From Prevotellaceae bacterium (GTDB lineage Bacteria > Bacteroidota > Bacteroidia > Bacteroidales > Bacteroidaceae), in NCBI GenBank assembly GCA_029218445.1, contig JAQXRI010000010.1, positions 2,381 through 66,380 on the forward strand: 64,000 bases of DNA, read 5' to 3'. The notes beneath the pieces are model-generated. The model searched no databases and was not told where the DNA came from. It saw nothing but the letters and a program-made list of their open reading frames with translations. This document shows positions 28,372 through 38,530 of this stretch, in pieces (position 1 is the stretch's first letter; every line of letters starts with the position of its first letter). The position numbers and the translations under genes were made by a program.

Positions 28372-29544
28372 ATGAACAAAGACAACCGTTATATGCTGCG
28401 AGGAGTAAGCGCAGCGAAAGAAGATGTCCACAATGCAATAAAGAACATTGACAAGGGCATCTTTCCACAAGCATTCTGCAAAATAATACCTGACATACTG
28501 GGTGGAGATTCCGAATACTGCAACATAATGCATGCCGACGGAGCAGGCACAAAATCGTCGCTGGCCTACGCCTACTGGAAGGAAACGGGCGACCTTAGCG
28601 TATGGAAAGGCATAGCACAGGATGCACTGATAATGAACACCGACGACCTGCTCTGTGTAGGCGCAGTAGATAACATTCTGGTATCGAGCACCATAGGACG
28701 CAATAAGATGCTCGTGCCGGGAGAAGTGATTTCGGCCATTATTAACGGTACCGACGAGCTGCTTAAGCAAATGAGGGACATGGGCATAGGAATATATGCC
28801 ACCGGAGGCGAAACAGCCGACGTGGGCGACCTCGTACGTACCATCATCGTCGATTCGACAGTGACGTGCCGAATGAAGCGAAGCGACGTAATCGACAATG
28901 CCAACATCCGTCCGGGCGACGTTATCGTGGGCCTCTCGTCGTGCGGAAAGGCTACATACGAAGACCGTTACAACGGCGGCATGGGAAGCAACGGACTTAC
29001 CTCGGCACGCCACGACGTGTTCAACAAGTATCTGGCTGAAAAATATCCGGAAACCTTCGACCACGCCGTGCCCAACGAGCTTGTCTATAGCGGCGGCTAC
29101 CGACTCGACCAAGAGGTGGAAGGCGTCCCGGTGAATGCAGGACAACTCGTCCTCTCCCCTACCCGCACCTACGCCCCCGTAATAAAGAAACTGCTCGACC
29201 TGATGCGTCAGAAGATTCACGGTATGGTCCACTGCACCGGCGGCGCCCAAACCAAGGTGCTGCACTTCGTAGGCGACAACTGCCGCGTGGTGAAGGACAA
29301 CATGTTCCCAATACCACCACTGTTCCGCATCATACACGACGAGAGCGGCACCGACTGGAAGGAGATGTACAAAGTGTTCAACATGGGCCACCGCATGGAA
29401 ATATACGTAAGCCCCGAAGACGCCGAAAAGGTAATCGAAACAAGCCGCAGCTTCAACATCGACGCACAGATAGTCGGACACATCGAAGAAGGCAAGAAGA
29501 GCCTGACGATAATGTCGGAATACGGGACTTTTGACTACGAGTAA
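28372..29544 (+). CDS. purM: Phosphoribosylformylglycinamidine cyclo-ligase (AIR synthase)
   Basis: HADGAGTKS, GGETADV, GSNG, HCTGG and VFNMG motifs. Confidence 0.92.
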   Translation: MNKDNRYMLRGVSAAKEDVHNAIKNIDKGIFPQAFCKIIPDILGGDSEYCNIMHADGAGTKSSLAYAYWKETGDLSVWKGIAQDALIMNTDDLLCVGAVDNILVSSTIGRNKMLVPGEVISAIINGTDELLKQMRDMGIGIYATGGETADVGDLVRTIIVDSTVTCRMKRSDVIDNANIRPGDVIVGLSSCGKATYEDRYNGGMGSNGLTSARHDVFNKYLAEKYPETFDHAVPNELVYSGGYRLDQEVEGVPVNAGQLVLSPTRTYAPVIKKLLDLMRQKIHGMVHCTGGAQTKVLHFVGDNCRVVKDNMFPIPPLFRIIHDESGTDWKEMYKVFNMGHRMEIYVSPEDAEKVIETSRSFNIDAQIVGHIEEGKKSLTIMSEYGTFDYE

Positions 29545-29571
29545 CAAGACTTCTTTGCTTCGCAACTCAGT

Positions 29572-29610
29572 AATTAAATAATTAAAGGATTAAAGAATTA
29601 AAGTTCGTTG
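29572..29610 (+). repeat. 8-bp array (AATTAAAG x4) + TTCGTTG, copy 1, upstream of prfA
   Basis: AATTAAAT AATTAAAG GATTAAAG AATTAAAG TTCGTTG. Confidence 0.7.
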
Positions 29611-29617
29611 AACCCAA

Positions 29618-30730
29618 ATGATTGAAAACAACAGCATACTGCAGAAACTCGACGGATTGGTGAGCCGCTTCGAGGAAGTCTCGACACTCATCACCGACCC
29701 TTCGGTAATTGCCGACCAAGAACGATTCGTCAAGCTGACACGCGAATACAAGGACTTGGGCGACATTATGGATGCCCGCAAGCGCTACATAGCGTGCCTC
29801 AATTCAATAAAGGAGGCCAAAGACCTTATAGCCAACGAGAGCGACCCTGAGATGAAGGAGATGGCACGCGAAGAGCTGGCCATAAACGAAGAGCTTCAGC
29901 CACAGATAGAAGAAGAAATAAAGATAGCACTCGTGCCTAAGGACCCCGAGGACGCAAAGAACGTTCAGATGGAGATACGTGCCGGAACCGGAGGTGACGA
30001 AGCGGCACTCTTCGCAGGCGACCTCTTCTCGATGTACAAGAAATTCTGCGACTCGAAGGGATGGAACCTCTCCATAACAAGCGTCAGTGAAGGTGCCGTG
30101 GGAGGTTTCAAGGAAATTGATTTTGCGGTTAGCGGCGATGGCGTTTATGGAGTACTGAAATATGAGTCGGGCGTTCACCGTGTGCAGCGTGTACCAGCAA
30201 CGGAAACACAAGGCCGCATGCACACCAGTGCCGCCACCGTGGCCGTACTGCCCGAAGCCGACAAGTTTGAAGTAACCATCAACGACGGCGAGATAACCTG
30301 GGACACGTTCCGCTCGTCGGGGGCCGGCGGACAGAACGTGAACAAGGTGGAGTCGGGAGTGCGCCTGCGCTACATGTGGAAAAACCCCAACACAGGCGAA
30401 ACGGAAGAGATACTTATCGAGTGTACCGAAACGCGCGACCAACCCAAGAACAAGGAGCGTGCCCTCTCGCGCCTGCGTACATTTATATATGATAAGGAGC
30501 ACCAGAAATATGTAGATGACATTGCCAACCGCCGCAAGACACTCGTTTCGACAGGCGACCGCAGCGCAAAGATACGCACCTACAACTTCCCGCAGGGCCG
30601 CGTCACCGACCACCGCATTGGCTACACCACCCACGACCTGCAAGGCTTTCTCGGAGGCAACATACAGGACATGATTGACGCCCTGACCGTTGCCGAAAAC
30701 GCCGAGCGAATGAAGGAGGCGGAGCTGTAG
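29618..30730 (+). CDS. prfA: Peptide chain release factor 1
   Basis: EIRAGTGGDEA, ESGVHRVQRVPAT, GAGGQNVNK and IRTYNFPQGR motifs. Confidence 0.97.
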   Translation: MIENNSILQKLDGLVSRFEEVSTLITDPSVIADQERFVKLTREYKDLGDIMDARKRYIACLNSIKEAKDLIANESDPEMKEMAREELAINEELQPQIEEEIKIALVPKDPEDAKNVQMEIRAGTGGDEAALFAGDLFSMYKKFCDSKGWNLSITSVSEGAVGGFKEIDFAVSGDGVYGVLKYESGVHRVQRVPATETQGRMHTSAATVAVLPEADKFEVTINDGEITWDTFRSSGAGGQNVNKVESGVRLRYMWKNPNTGETEEILIECTETRDQPKNKERALSRLRTFIYDKEHQKYVDDIANRRKTLVSTGDRSAKIRTYNFPQGRVTDHRIGYTTHDLQGFLGGNIQDMIDALTVAENAERMKEAEL

Positions 30731-30749
30731 TCAGAACGAATGCTCTGAC

Positions 30750-30788
30750 AATTAAAGAATTAAAGTATTAAAAAATAAAAGTTCGTTG
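30750..30788 (+). repeat. 8-bp array (AATTAAAG x4) + TTCGTTG, copy 2, downstream of prfA
   Basis: AATTAAAG AATTAAAG TATTAAAA AATAAAAG TTCGTTG. Confidence 0.7.
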
Positions 30789-30840
30789 CCGCCTTTATAC
30801 AGCGGAAAACATCGGCAAAAACATTAAATGGAATTATATC

Positions 30841-31668
30841 ATGGACAGAAAACAATTAGTTAATGAAATACTTACCAAGCGCACATTCCTTTGCGTAGGT
30901 CTTGACACCGACTTGAAAAAGGTGCCTCAGCACCTTCTTGAAGGCTCGGAACCAATATTCACTTTCAACAAGGCCATTATCGACGCAACGGCAGAATATT
31001 GCGTGGCCTACAAGCCAAACCTTGCCTTCTACGAGGCATTTGGCGTAAAGGGATTGATGGCTTTTGAAAAGACAATAAACTATCTGAAGAAATATTATCC
31101 CAACCACTTCATCATTGCCGACGCAAAGCGTGGCGACATTGGCAATACGTCGGCCATGTATGCCCGCACATTCTTCGAGGAATATGATGTTGACTCGCTG
31201 ACGGTTGCACCTTACATGGGTGAGGACAGCGTAACGCCTTTCCTGGGATATGACGGCAAATGGGTAATACTGCTCGCACTGACAAGCAACAAGGGAAGCC
31301 ACGACTTCCAACTGACCGCCGACGCAAACGGCGAGCGCCTGTTTGAGAAAGTGCTGCGCACAAGCCAGCAGTGGGGAACGCCAGACAACATGATGTATGT
31401 AGTAGGCGCCACACAGGGAAAGATGTTTGAGGACATTCGTCGTGTAGCCCCCGACCACTTCCTGCTCGTTCCCGGCGTCGGCGCCCAGGGCGGAAGCCTT
31501 GAGGAAGTTTGCCGCTACGGAATGAACTCCGACTGCGGCCTGCTTGTAAACAGTTCGAGAGGCATCATCTATGCAAGCAATGGCACCGACTTCGACGTCG
31601 TGGCAGGCCAGAAGGCAAAGGAACTGAAAGAGCAGATGGACGCTGTGCTGAAGGAACATGGTCTATAA
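30841..31668 (+). CDS. pyrF: Orotidine-5'-phosphate decarboxylase
   Basis: [35 protein letters not shown] and NSSRGI motifs. Confidence 0.96.
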   Translation: MDRKQLVNEILTKRTFLCVGLDTDLKKVPQHLLEGSEPIFTFNKAIIDATAEYCVAYKPNLAFYEAFGVKGLMAFEKTINYLKKYYPNHFIIADAKRGDIGNTSAMYARTFFEEYDVDSLTVAPYMGEDSVTPFLGYDGKWVILLALTSNKGSHDFQLTADANGERLFEKVLRTSQQWGTPDNMMYVVGATQGKMFEDIRRVAPDHFLLVPGVGAQGGSLEEVCRYGMNSDCGLLVNSSRGIIYASNGTDFDVVAGQKAKELKEQMDAVLKEHGL

Positions 31669-31766
31669 TTCTTGAATAATAATCTTAAAAAAACGATTAT
31701 TTTTCATCATTATCATCCACATCTGATATATTTTTGCTACATTTGCAGAACAATAGACAATTGAAA

Positions 31767-32801
31767 ATGGAATTTACAGCTAAACAGATAGCCGAATATG
31801 TCGGCGGACAAATAGAAGGAGATGAATTGGCAAGCGTCAATACATTCGCTAAGATAGAAGAAGGCAAGAAAGGTGCAATATCCTTCCTCTCCAACCTTAA
31901 GTATCTGCACTACATCTACGACACCGAGTCGTCGGTAGTGCTGATAAACGAAGACGTAAAGTTGGAAAAACCAACCAAGGCAACCCTCATTCGTGTAAAG
32001 GACGCCTACGAGTGTGTGGCAAAGCTGCTGCAGCTCTATGCCTCGATGAAGCCAAAGAAGGTTGGCATAGACTCGCTGGCCTTCATCCATCCTTCGGCAA
32101 AGGTGGGAAAGGACTGCTATGTAGGGCCGTTTGTAGCCATAGGGCCAAACGTAGTCATTGGCGATGGCTGCGTCCTTCATCCACATGTCACGATAGGTGA
32201 AGAGGCGTCTGTTGGCAGCAACACCGAGATTTACAGCAATGCCGTTGTCTATCACCACTGCAAGATTGGAAACAACTGTGTGCTGCATGCAGGATGCGTC
32301 ATTGGAGCCGACGGCTTCGGCTTCGCACCAAACAGCGAGTGCTACGACAAGATTCCCCAGATAGGAAATGTAGTAATTGAGGACAATGTGGAAATAGGTG
32401 CCAACACCTGCGTTGACCGCTCTACCATGGGCAGCACCATCATTCACAAGGGTGTGAAGCTCGACAACCTCGTGCAGGTGGCACACAACTGTGAGGTTGG
32501 CGAGAACACCGTAATGTCGGCACAAGTGGGCATTGCAGGCAGCACAAAGATAGGCTCGTGGTGCATGTTTGGCGGACAAGTGGGCATAGCAGGCCACATC
32601 TCCATTGGCGACAAGACTTTCCTTGGAGCGCAGTCGGGAGTACCCGGCAACATAAAAGGCAACGAAACACTCATAGGCACACCGCCTATGGAGCCAAAGG
32701 CATATTTCAAGTCGCAGGCCATATTCCGTCGCCTGCCCGACATCTACAAGCAACTGAACGAATTACAAAAACAAGTAGAAGAACTAAAAAAACATGAATA
32801 G
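31767..32801 (+). CDS. lpxD: UDP-3-O-(3-hydroxyacyl)glucosamine N-acyltransferase
   Basis: Hexapeptide repeats; [17 protein letters not shown] and [11 protein letters not shown] motifs. Confidence 0.96.
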   Translation: MEFTAKQIAEYVGGQIEGDELASVNTFAKIEEGKKGAISFLSNLKYLHYIYDTESSVVLINEDVKLEKPTKATLIRVKDAYECVAKLLQLYASMKPKKVGIDSLAFIHPSAKVGKDCYVGPFVAIGPNVVIGDGCVLHPHVTIGEEASVGSNTEIYSNAVVYHHCKIGNNCVLHAGCVIGADGFGFAPNSECYDKIPQIGNVVIEDNVEIGANTCVDRSTMGSTIIHKGVKLDNLVQVAHNCEVGENTVMSAQVGIAGSTKIGSWCMFGGQVGIAGHISIGDKTFLGAQSGVPGNIKGNETLIGTPPMEPKAYFKSQAIFRRLPDIYKQLNELQKQVEELKKHE

Positions 32802-32805
32802 AGAC

Positions 32806-34191
32806 ATGACGAAACAAACGACATTGAAAGGGAGTTTCTCACTTTGCGGAAAAGGACTTCACACAGGCCTAAGCCTAACGGTGACTTTCAACCCTGCACC
32901 AGAGAACCACGGATACAAAATACAACGCATCGACCTCCCTGAGGAGCCGATAGTAGAGGCCATAGCCGAAAATGTAATCGACACACAGCGCGGCACCGTA
33001 CTTGGAAAGAAAGACGTAAGAGTATCGACGGTTGAACATGGCTTGGCGGCACTGTATGCCCTCGGCATCGACAACTGCCTCATTCAAGTCAACGGCCCCG
33101 AGTTTCCTATTCTCGACGGAAGCGCAATCAGATATGTTGACAAAATCAACGAGGTAGGCATTGAGGAACAGAACGCCCCGAAAGACTGGTACATCATACG
33201 CAAAAAAATAGAGGTGAAGGACGAAAACACCGGCTCGTGCATTACCATACTGCCCGACGAGGAGTTCAGCATCACGGCCATGTGCTCGTTCAACTCAAAA
33301 TATATCGACAGCCAGTTTGCGTCGCTCGACCGTATGGAAGACTTCTCCAAGGAAATATCTCCTGCACGCACCTTCGTGTTTGTAAGGGACATCGAGCCAC
33401 TGCTGAATGCAAACTTGATAAAAGGCGGCGACCTGGACAACGCCATCGTCATCTACGAGAAGCAGATTTCACAGGAACAGCTCGACAAGCTTGCCGACAT
33501 GCTTCATGCCGAGCATCGCGACGCCAACAACCTTGGCTACATACAGCACAAGCCGCTCGTTTGGGAAAATGAATGTACACGCCACAAGCTGCTCGACATC
33601 ATTGGCGACATGGCCCTGATAGGCAAGCCCATAAAGGGACGCATCATTGCCACTCGCCCCGGACATACCATCAACAACAAGTTTGCGCGACAGATGCGCA
33701 AGGAGATACGCAAGCATGAGATACAGGCACCCATCTACGACCCGAACGAAGAGCCGCTGATGGACGTCAACCGCATACGCGAGTTGCTGCCGCACCGCTA
33801 CCCAATGCAGCTGGTTGACAAGGTGATAGCCCTTGGGGCCACAAGCATCGTTGGCGTGAAGAACGTGACGAGCAACGAGCCTTTCTTCCAAGGCCACTTC
33901 CCACAGGAACCGGTGATGCCGGGCGTTTTGCAGATTGAGGCCATGGCACAGTGTGGCGGATTGCTGGTTCTGAACTCTGTTGAAGAACCAGAACGCTGGT
34001 CAACCTATTTCCTGCGAATAGACGACGTGAAATTCCGCCAAAAGGTGGTGCCGGGCGACACGCTGCTCTTCAAGGTTGACCTGCTTGCACCTATACGTCA
34101 TGGCATATCGTCAATGAAAGGTTATGTTTTCGTTGGCGACCATGTAGTTTCGGAGGCAACGTTCACGGCACAGATTGTGAAGAACAAATAA
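32806..34191 (+). CDS. lpxC: Bifunctional LpxC / FabZ (alternative start 32794)
   Basis: GKGLHTG, STVEH and RHKLLD (LpxC); LPHRYP and FFQGHFPQEPVMPGVLQIEAMAQ (FabZ). Confidence 0.96.
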   Translation: MTKQTTLKGSFSLCGKGLHTGLSLTVTFNPAPENHGYKIQRIDLPEEPIVEAIAENVIDTQRGTVLGKKDVRVSTVEHGLAALYALGIDNCLIQVNGPEFPILDGSAIRYVDKINEVGIEEQNAPKDWYIIRKKIEVKDENTGSCITILPDEEFSITAMCSFNSKYIDSQFASLDRMEDFSKEISPARTFVFVRDIEPLLNANLIKGGDLDNAIVIYEKQISQEQLDKLADMLHAEHRDANNLGYIQHKPLVWENECTRHKLLDIIGDMALIGKPIKGRIIATRPGHTINNKFARQMRKEIRKHEIQAPIYDPNEEPLMDVNRIRELLPHRYPMQLVDKVIALGATSIVGVKNVTSNEPFFQGHFPQEPVMPGVLQIEAMAQCGGLLVLNSVEEPERWSTYFLRIDDVKFRQKVVPGDTLLFKVDLLAPIRHGISSMKGYVFVGDHVVSEATFTAQIVKNK

Positions 34192-34249
34192 TACTCGCAA
34201 AGGAAACTATAATTCTTTATTGTTTTAATTTTTAATATTTTCATAGAAA

Positions 34250-35020
34250 ATGAACACCATAAGTCCTATGGCCTTCGTTCATCCCGAGGCGAAATTGGGA
34301 GACAACAACGAAATAGGGCCATTCTGTTACATAGACAAAGACGTCGTCATCGGCGACAACAACAAGCTATACAACAGTGTCACCATACACCAGGGTGCAA
34401 GAATAGGCAACGGCAACGAGTTTTTCCCCGGAGCCAGCATTAGCACCAAGCCTCAAGACCTGAAGTATCGCGGAGAGGCCTCGCTGTGCGAAATAGGCGA
34501 CAACAACAGCATACGCGAAAATGTGACAATCAGCCGAGGAACAGCAAGTCGTGGCAAGACAGTAGTAGGCTCAAACAACCTGCTTATGGAAAACATGCAC
34601 ATTGCACACGACTGTATCATAGGCAGTGGCATAATCATCGGCAACTCTACAAAGCTGGCCGGTGAAGTGGAAATAGACGACAACGCAATAATTAGCGCCA
34701 CAGTGCTGTGCCACCAGTTCTGCCGAATAGGCGGATATGTGATGATTCAAGGCGGATGCCGTTTCAGCCTTGACATTCCGCCATACATCATAGCAGGCAA
34801 AGAGCCTACACGCTACTGCGGCATCAACATCATTGGACTTCGCCGACGCGGCTACACCAACGAACAGATAGACATCATCCACGACACCTACCGTACAATA
34901 TATGCCAACGGCATAATAAAGGACGGCATTCAGGAAGCAAGGGCAAAATATCCTAATGTAGAGGAAGTGGAGTATATCTGCAAGTTCATTGAGAACTCAA
35001 AAAGAGGTGTTGTACGCTAA
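34250..35020 (+). CDS. lpxA: Acyl-ACP--UDP-N-acetylglucosamine O-acyltransferase
   Basis: PQDLKY, IRENVTISRGT and HIAHDC motifs. Confidence 0.95.
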   Translation: MNTISPMAFVHPEAKLGDNNEIGPFCYIDKDVVIGDNNKLYNSVTIHQGARIGNGNEFFPGASISTKPQDLKYRGEASLCEIGDNNSIRENVTISRGTASRGKTVVGSNNLLMENMHIAHDCIIGSGIIIGNSTKLAGEVEIDDNAIISATVLCHQFCRIGGYVMIQGGCRFSLDIPPYIIAGKEPTRYCGINIIGLRRRGYTNEQIDIIHDTYRTIYANGIIKDGIQEARAKYPNVEEVEYICKFIENSKRGVVR

Positions 35021-35029
35021 AAGGCTGGC

Positions 35030-35956
35030 ATGAACACACTCCTTGTCATTACAGGACCAACGGCTGTAGGAAAGACCGAACTCTGTCTCGACATAGCCGA
35101 AAGCCTCAACATTCCAATCATCAATGCCGACTCAAGGCAAATATACAAAGGCATGAAGATTGGCACGGCTGCTCCAACGGCCGAGCAGCTTGCAAGGGTA
35201 AAGCACTACTTTGTGGGAACACTTGAACTCGAACAGTATTACAACGCCTCAATGTACGAACAAGACGTCATGACGCTGTTGCAACAAATGTTTGATAATC
35301 AGGACAATGCTCTCGCCCTTATGACAGGAGGCAGCATGATGTACATCGATGCCGTGTGCAACGGCATCGATGACATACCGACAATACGCGACGACGTACG
35401 GCTCTTGTTCAAACGTCGCTTAGAAGAGGAAGGACTTGAGCCACTACTCGCCGAACTGCAACAACTGGACCCTGAATATTACTCCATTGTTGACCGCAAC
35501 AACGCACGCCGCGTTGTCCATGGTTTGGAAATATGCCACCAAACAGGACTTACCTACACGTCATTCCGTGTGAAAGAAAAGAAGCAGAGGCCTTTCCGCA
35601 TCGTAAAGATTGCATTGAACAGAAACCGCGAACAATTGTACGCCCGTATCAACAGCCGTGTTGACGAAATGGTGGCAAAGGGGCTTGAAGACGAAGCCCG
35701 ACAACTCTACCCTCACAAAGACCTCAACTCGCTGAACACTGTAGGCTACAAGGAGATGTTCAACTACATCGAAGGAACATGGCCCCTCGACGAGGCTATT
35801 GAACGAATAAAAGGCAACACACGCAGGTATGCACGCAAGCAACTTACGTGGTATAAAAAAGACGACGACATCGTGTGGTTTGATGCCGCTGAAACAGAAA
35901 AGATAAAAAAATATATAGTTGACGAGTTTTCTGAATTAATAACTTCTCTATTATGA
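35030..35956 (+). CDS. miaA: tRNA dimethylallyltransferase
   Basis: GPTAVGKT, DSRQIYKGMKIGTA and TRRYARKQLTW motifs. Confidence 0.97.
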   Translation: MNTLLVITGPTAVGKTELCLDIAESLNIPIINADSRQIYKGMKIGTAAPTAEQLARVKHYFVGTLELEQYYNASMYEQDVMTLLQQMFDNQDNALALMTGGSMMYIDAVCNGIDDIPTIRDDVRLLFKRRLEEEGLEPLLAELQQLDPEYYSIVDRNNARRVVHGLEICHQTGLTYTSFRVKEKKQRPFRIVKIALNRNREQLYARINSRVDEMVAKGLEDEARQLYPHKDLNSLNTVGYKEMFNYIEGTWPLDEAIERIKGNTRRYARKQLTWYKKDDDIVWFDAAETEKIKKYIVDEFSELITSLL

Positions 35957-38502
35957 ACAATAACGAAGAGAGAAAAACAAGAGCCTTAACACGCTTTTTT
36001 GGCTCTGTCTGGTCAGCGTTCCGACGTTTCGGATCGTGGTATAAAGGTTTGTATAAAGGCAGAAAATGGTACACCAAAACGGCTGTGGCATTTGTCAGCT
36101 TCATGCTTCTGCTGATACTCTATCTTGGTGCCGTAGATATAAACTTCCTTTGGCTTTTCGGCAAGTCGCCAGGCATATCGCAGATAAAGAATCCTGTCAG
36201 CAACCAGGCTTCTGAAATATACAGTGCCGACGGCGTGCTACTGGGAAAATTCTTCAACGAAAACCGTACTCCGGTAAAATACGAAGAAATAAACCCGGAG
36301 TTTTGGAGAGTGCTCATCGACACCGAAGACGAACGCTTCTTCCACCACAAAGGCATCGACCCTATTGGCATATTTGCCGCAATGAAGGACTATGCCATCC
36401 ATCATGACGCACGCGGAGCTTCAACCATAACCCAACAGTTGGCCAAGAACCTGTTTCGTGTAAGGACAAACTATTCAACCGGTTTGCTCGGCAATATTCC
36501 AGGCCTTAAGATTCTCATTATGAAGAGCAAGGAATGGATTACCGCAGTAAAGCTCGAAATGGTGTTCAGCAAGCAGGAGATACTTACCATGTATGCCAAC
36601 ACGGTAGATTTCGGCTCAAATGCCTTTGGCATCAAGACAGCATGCAAGACTTACTTTGGCACCACTCCCAAAGACATGACCACCGACCAGGCGGCCGTAC
36701 TCGTAGGCATGCTTAAGGCCACCACTTACTATAATCCCCGCATCAATCCTGAAAACAGCATGAAACGCCGCAATACGGTGTTGAACAACATGCTCACACG
36801 TGGACACCTCTCACGCGAGCTTTACGACTCGCTGAAGAATGTGCCCATAAAGTTGAACTACAGCGTCGAAAGCCGCTATGACGGTCAGGCGCAATATTTC
36901 CGCGAGGCAATAGCCAACTATCTTGACGACTGGTGCAAAGAAAACGGATTCGACCTCGATGCCAGTGGACTTAAGATTTATACTACCGTTGATACACGCA
37001 TGCAGAAATACGCCGAAGAGGCGGCAATAAAACAAATGAAGGTAGTGCAGCGTAATTTCAACAACCACTGGGGAAAGACTAATCCTTGGCAGGACGAAAG
37101 GCATCAGGAAATAGCAGGTTTCATTGAAGGCATTGCCAAACGACAGCCATGCTACAAAGAACTTCAACAACGTTTCCCCAACGACCCCGACTCGATAACT
37201 TACTACATGAACAAGCCGCATAAGGTAAAAGTGTTCGACTACGAAAAAGGAACCGTCGAGATGGAAATGTCATCAATGGACTCAATACGATACATGGTAA
37301 GGTTTATGCACTGTGGTTTTGTAGCAATGGATCCACACAACGGACACGTAAAGGCTTGGGTGGGCGACATCGACTTCAAATCATGGAAATACGACAAGGT
37401 TACGGCCATGCGACAGCCAGGCTCCACCTTCAAGCTGTTTGTATATACTGAGGCCATGAACCAGGGACTTACGCCTTGCGACCGTCGCACCGACGAGTTC
37501 ATCAGCATGAAGGTGTATGACGCACAGAAGAAGAAAGAAGTAAACTGGTGTCCTACCAATGCTAACGGCTACTTCACCGGCGACACCATACCACTGAAGG
37601 GAGCTTTTGCTCAGAGCATCAACTCTATAGCCGTGAAACTGGGTCAGGAAATGGGCATTCCAAACATCATCGAAACAGCTCACGCAATGGGAATAAAGAG
37701 CAAACTGGACAATGCGCCCGCCCTTGCGCTTGGTGCCAGCGACGTCAACCTTCTGGAGCTTGTAAACTCCTACAGCACCATCGTCAACGACGGAAAGATG
37801 CATGAGCCTATACTTGTCACTCGCATTCTCGACCGCGACGGCAACGAAGTTTATACCGCCCCAACCGAACAGAAGCAGGCCATACCTTACCGCAGCGCAT
37901 TCCTTATGCAACAGATGCTGCAAGGCGGACTTCGTGAACCCGGCGGTACCAGCATGAGCCTTTGGGGCTATGTAGGCAAGCACAACGACACCGAGTTTGG
38001 TGGAAAGACAGGAACGTCCAACAACCACTCCGACGCTTGGTTTGTTGGAGTCAGCCCCAACCTTGTAGCAGGAGCTTGGGTTGGAGGCGAGTACCGTTGC
38101 ATACACTTCCGCACAGGCGCACTCGGACAAGGCAGCCGTACGGCACTCCCCATCTGTGGCTACTTCTTCCAGTCGGTACTCGACGACCCCAACATGAAGC
38201 AGTATCATGGCAAGTTCCCGAAGCCAAAGGACAATATAGCCTACGAAGACTACAACTGCTCAAGCTATTGGCACAGCAGCGAAGAAGACTCTACTCTTGT
38301 TGACAGCACTGATGTAGTAACCGAGCAGCCTATCATGCTCGACGAAAACGGCAACCCAATAGAAGGCGAAATGGAAAACCACAACCAGTTGGATGCCAAC
38401 GACCCACAACGCCAGCCAACTGACGGCAACGACGACAACAAGAAGCAAGAGGCAACTGAAAAGAAGAAGAAGAAGCCAACTTATGAAGATGTATATTTAT
38501 AA
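35953..38502 (+). CDS. Class A penicillin-binding protein (transglycosylase/transpeptidase, PBP1A-like)
   Basis: TM anchor; EDERFFHHKGID and GASTITQQLAKNL (transglycosylase); QPGSTFK, SIN and GKTGT (transpeptidase). Confidence 0.94.
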   Translation: MNNNEERKTRALTRFFGSVWSAFRRFGSWYKGLYKGRKWYTKTAVAFVSFMLLLILYLGAVDINFLWLFGKSPGISQIKNPVSNQASEIYSADGVLLGKFFNENRTPVKYEEINPEFWRVLIDTEDERFFHHKGIDPIGIFAAMKDYAIHHDARGASTITQQLAKNLFRVRTNYSTGLLGNIPGLKILIMKSKEWITAVKLEMVFSKQEILTMYANTVDFGSNAFGIKTACKTYFGTTPKDMTTDQAAVLVGMLKATTYYNPRINPENSMKRRNTVLNNMLTRGHLSRELYDSLKNVPIKLNYSVESRYDGQAQYFREAIANYLDDWCKENGFDLDASGLKIYTTVDTRMQKYAEEAAIKQMKVVQRNFNNHWGKTNPWQDERHQEIAGFIEGIAKRQPCYKELQQRFPNDPDSITYYMNKPHKVKVFDYEKGTVEMEMSSMDSIRYMVRFMHCGFVAMDPHNGHVKAWVGDIDFKSWKYDKVTAMRQPGSTFKLFVYTEAMNQGLTPCDRRTDEFISMKVYDAQKKKEVNWCPTNANGYFTGDTIPLKGAFAQSINSIAVKLGQEMGIPNIIETAHAMGIKSKLDNAPALALGASDVNLLELVNSYSTIVNDGKMHEPILVTRILDRDGNEVYTAPTEQKQAIPYRSAFLMQQMLQGGLREPGGTSMSLWGYVGKHNDTEFGGKTGTSNNHSDAWFVGVSPNLVAGAWVGGEYRCIHFRTGALGQGSRTALPICGYFFQSVLDDPNMKQYHGKFPKPKDNIAYEDYNCSSYWHSSEEDSTLVDSTDVVTEQPIMLDENGNPIEGEMENHNQLDANDPQRQPTDGNDDNKKQEATEKKKKKPTYEDVYL

Positions 38503-38530
38503 TGACTAAAGAAACTAAAACACATATTAT

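Noticed and set aside
32806-34191. LpxC-FabZ fusion (and the CbiJ-CbiD fusion) as novelties
   Set aside because: Both fusions are usual in Bacteroidales.
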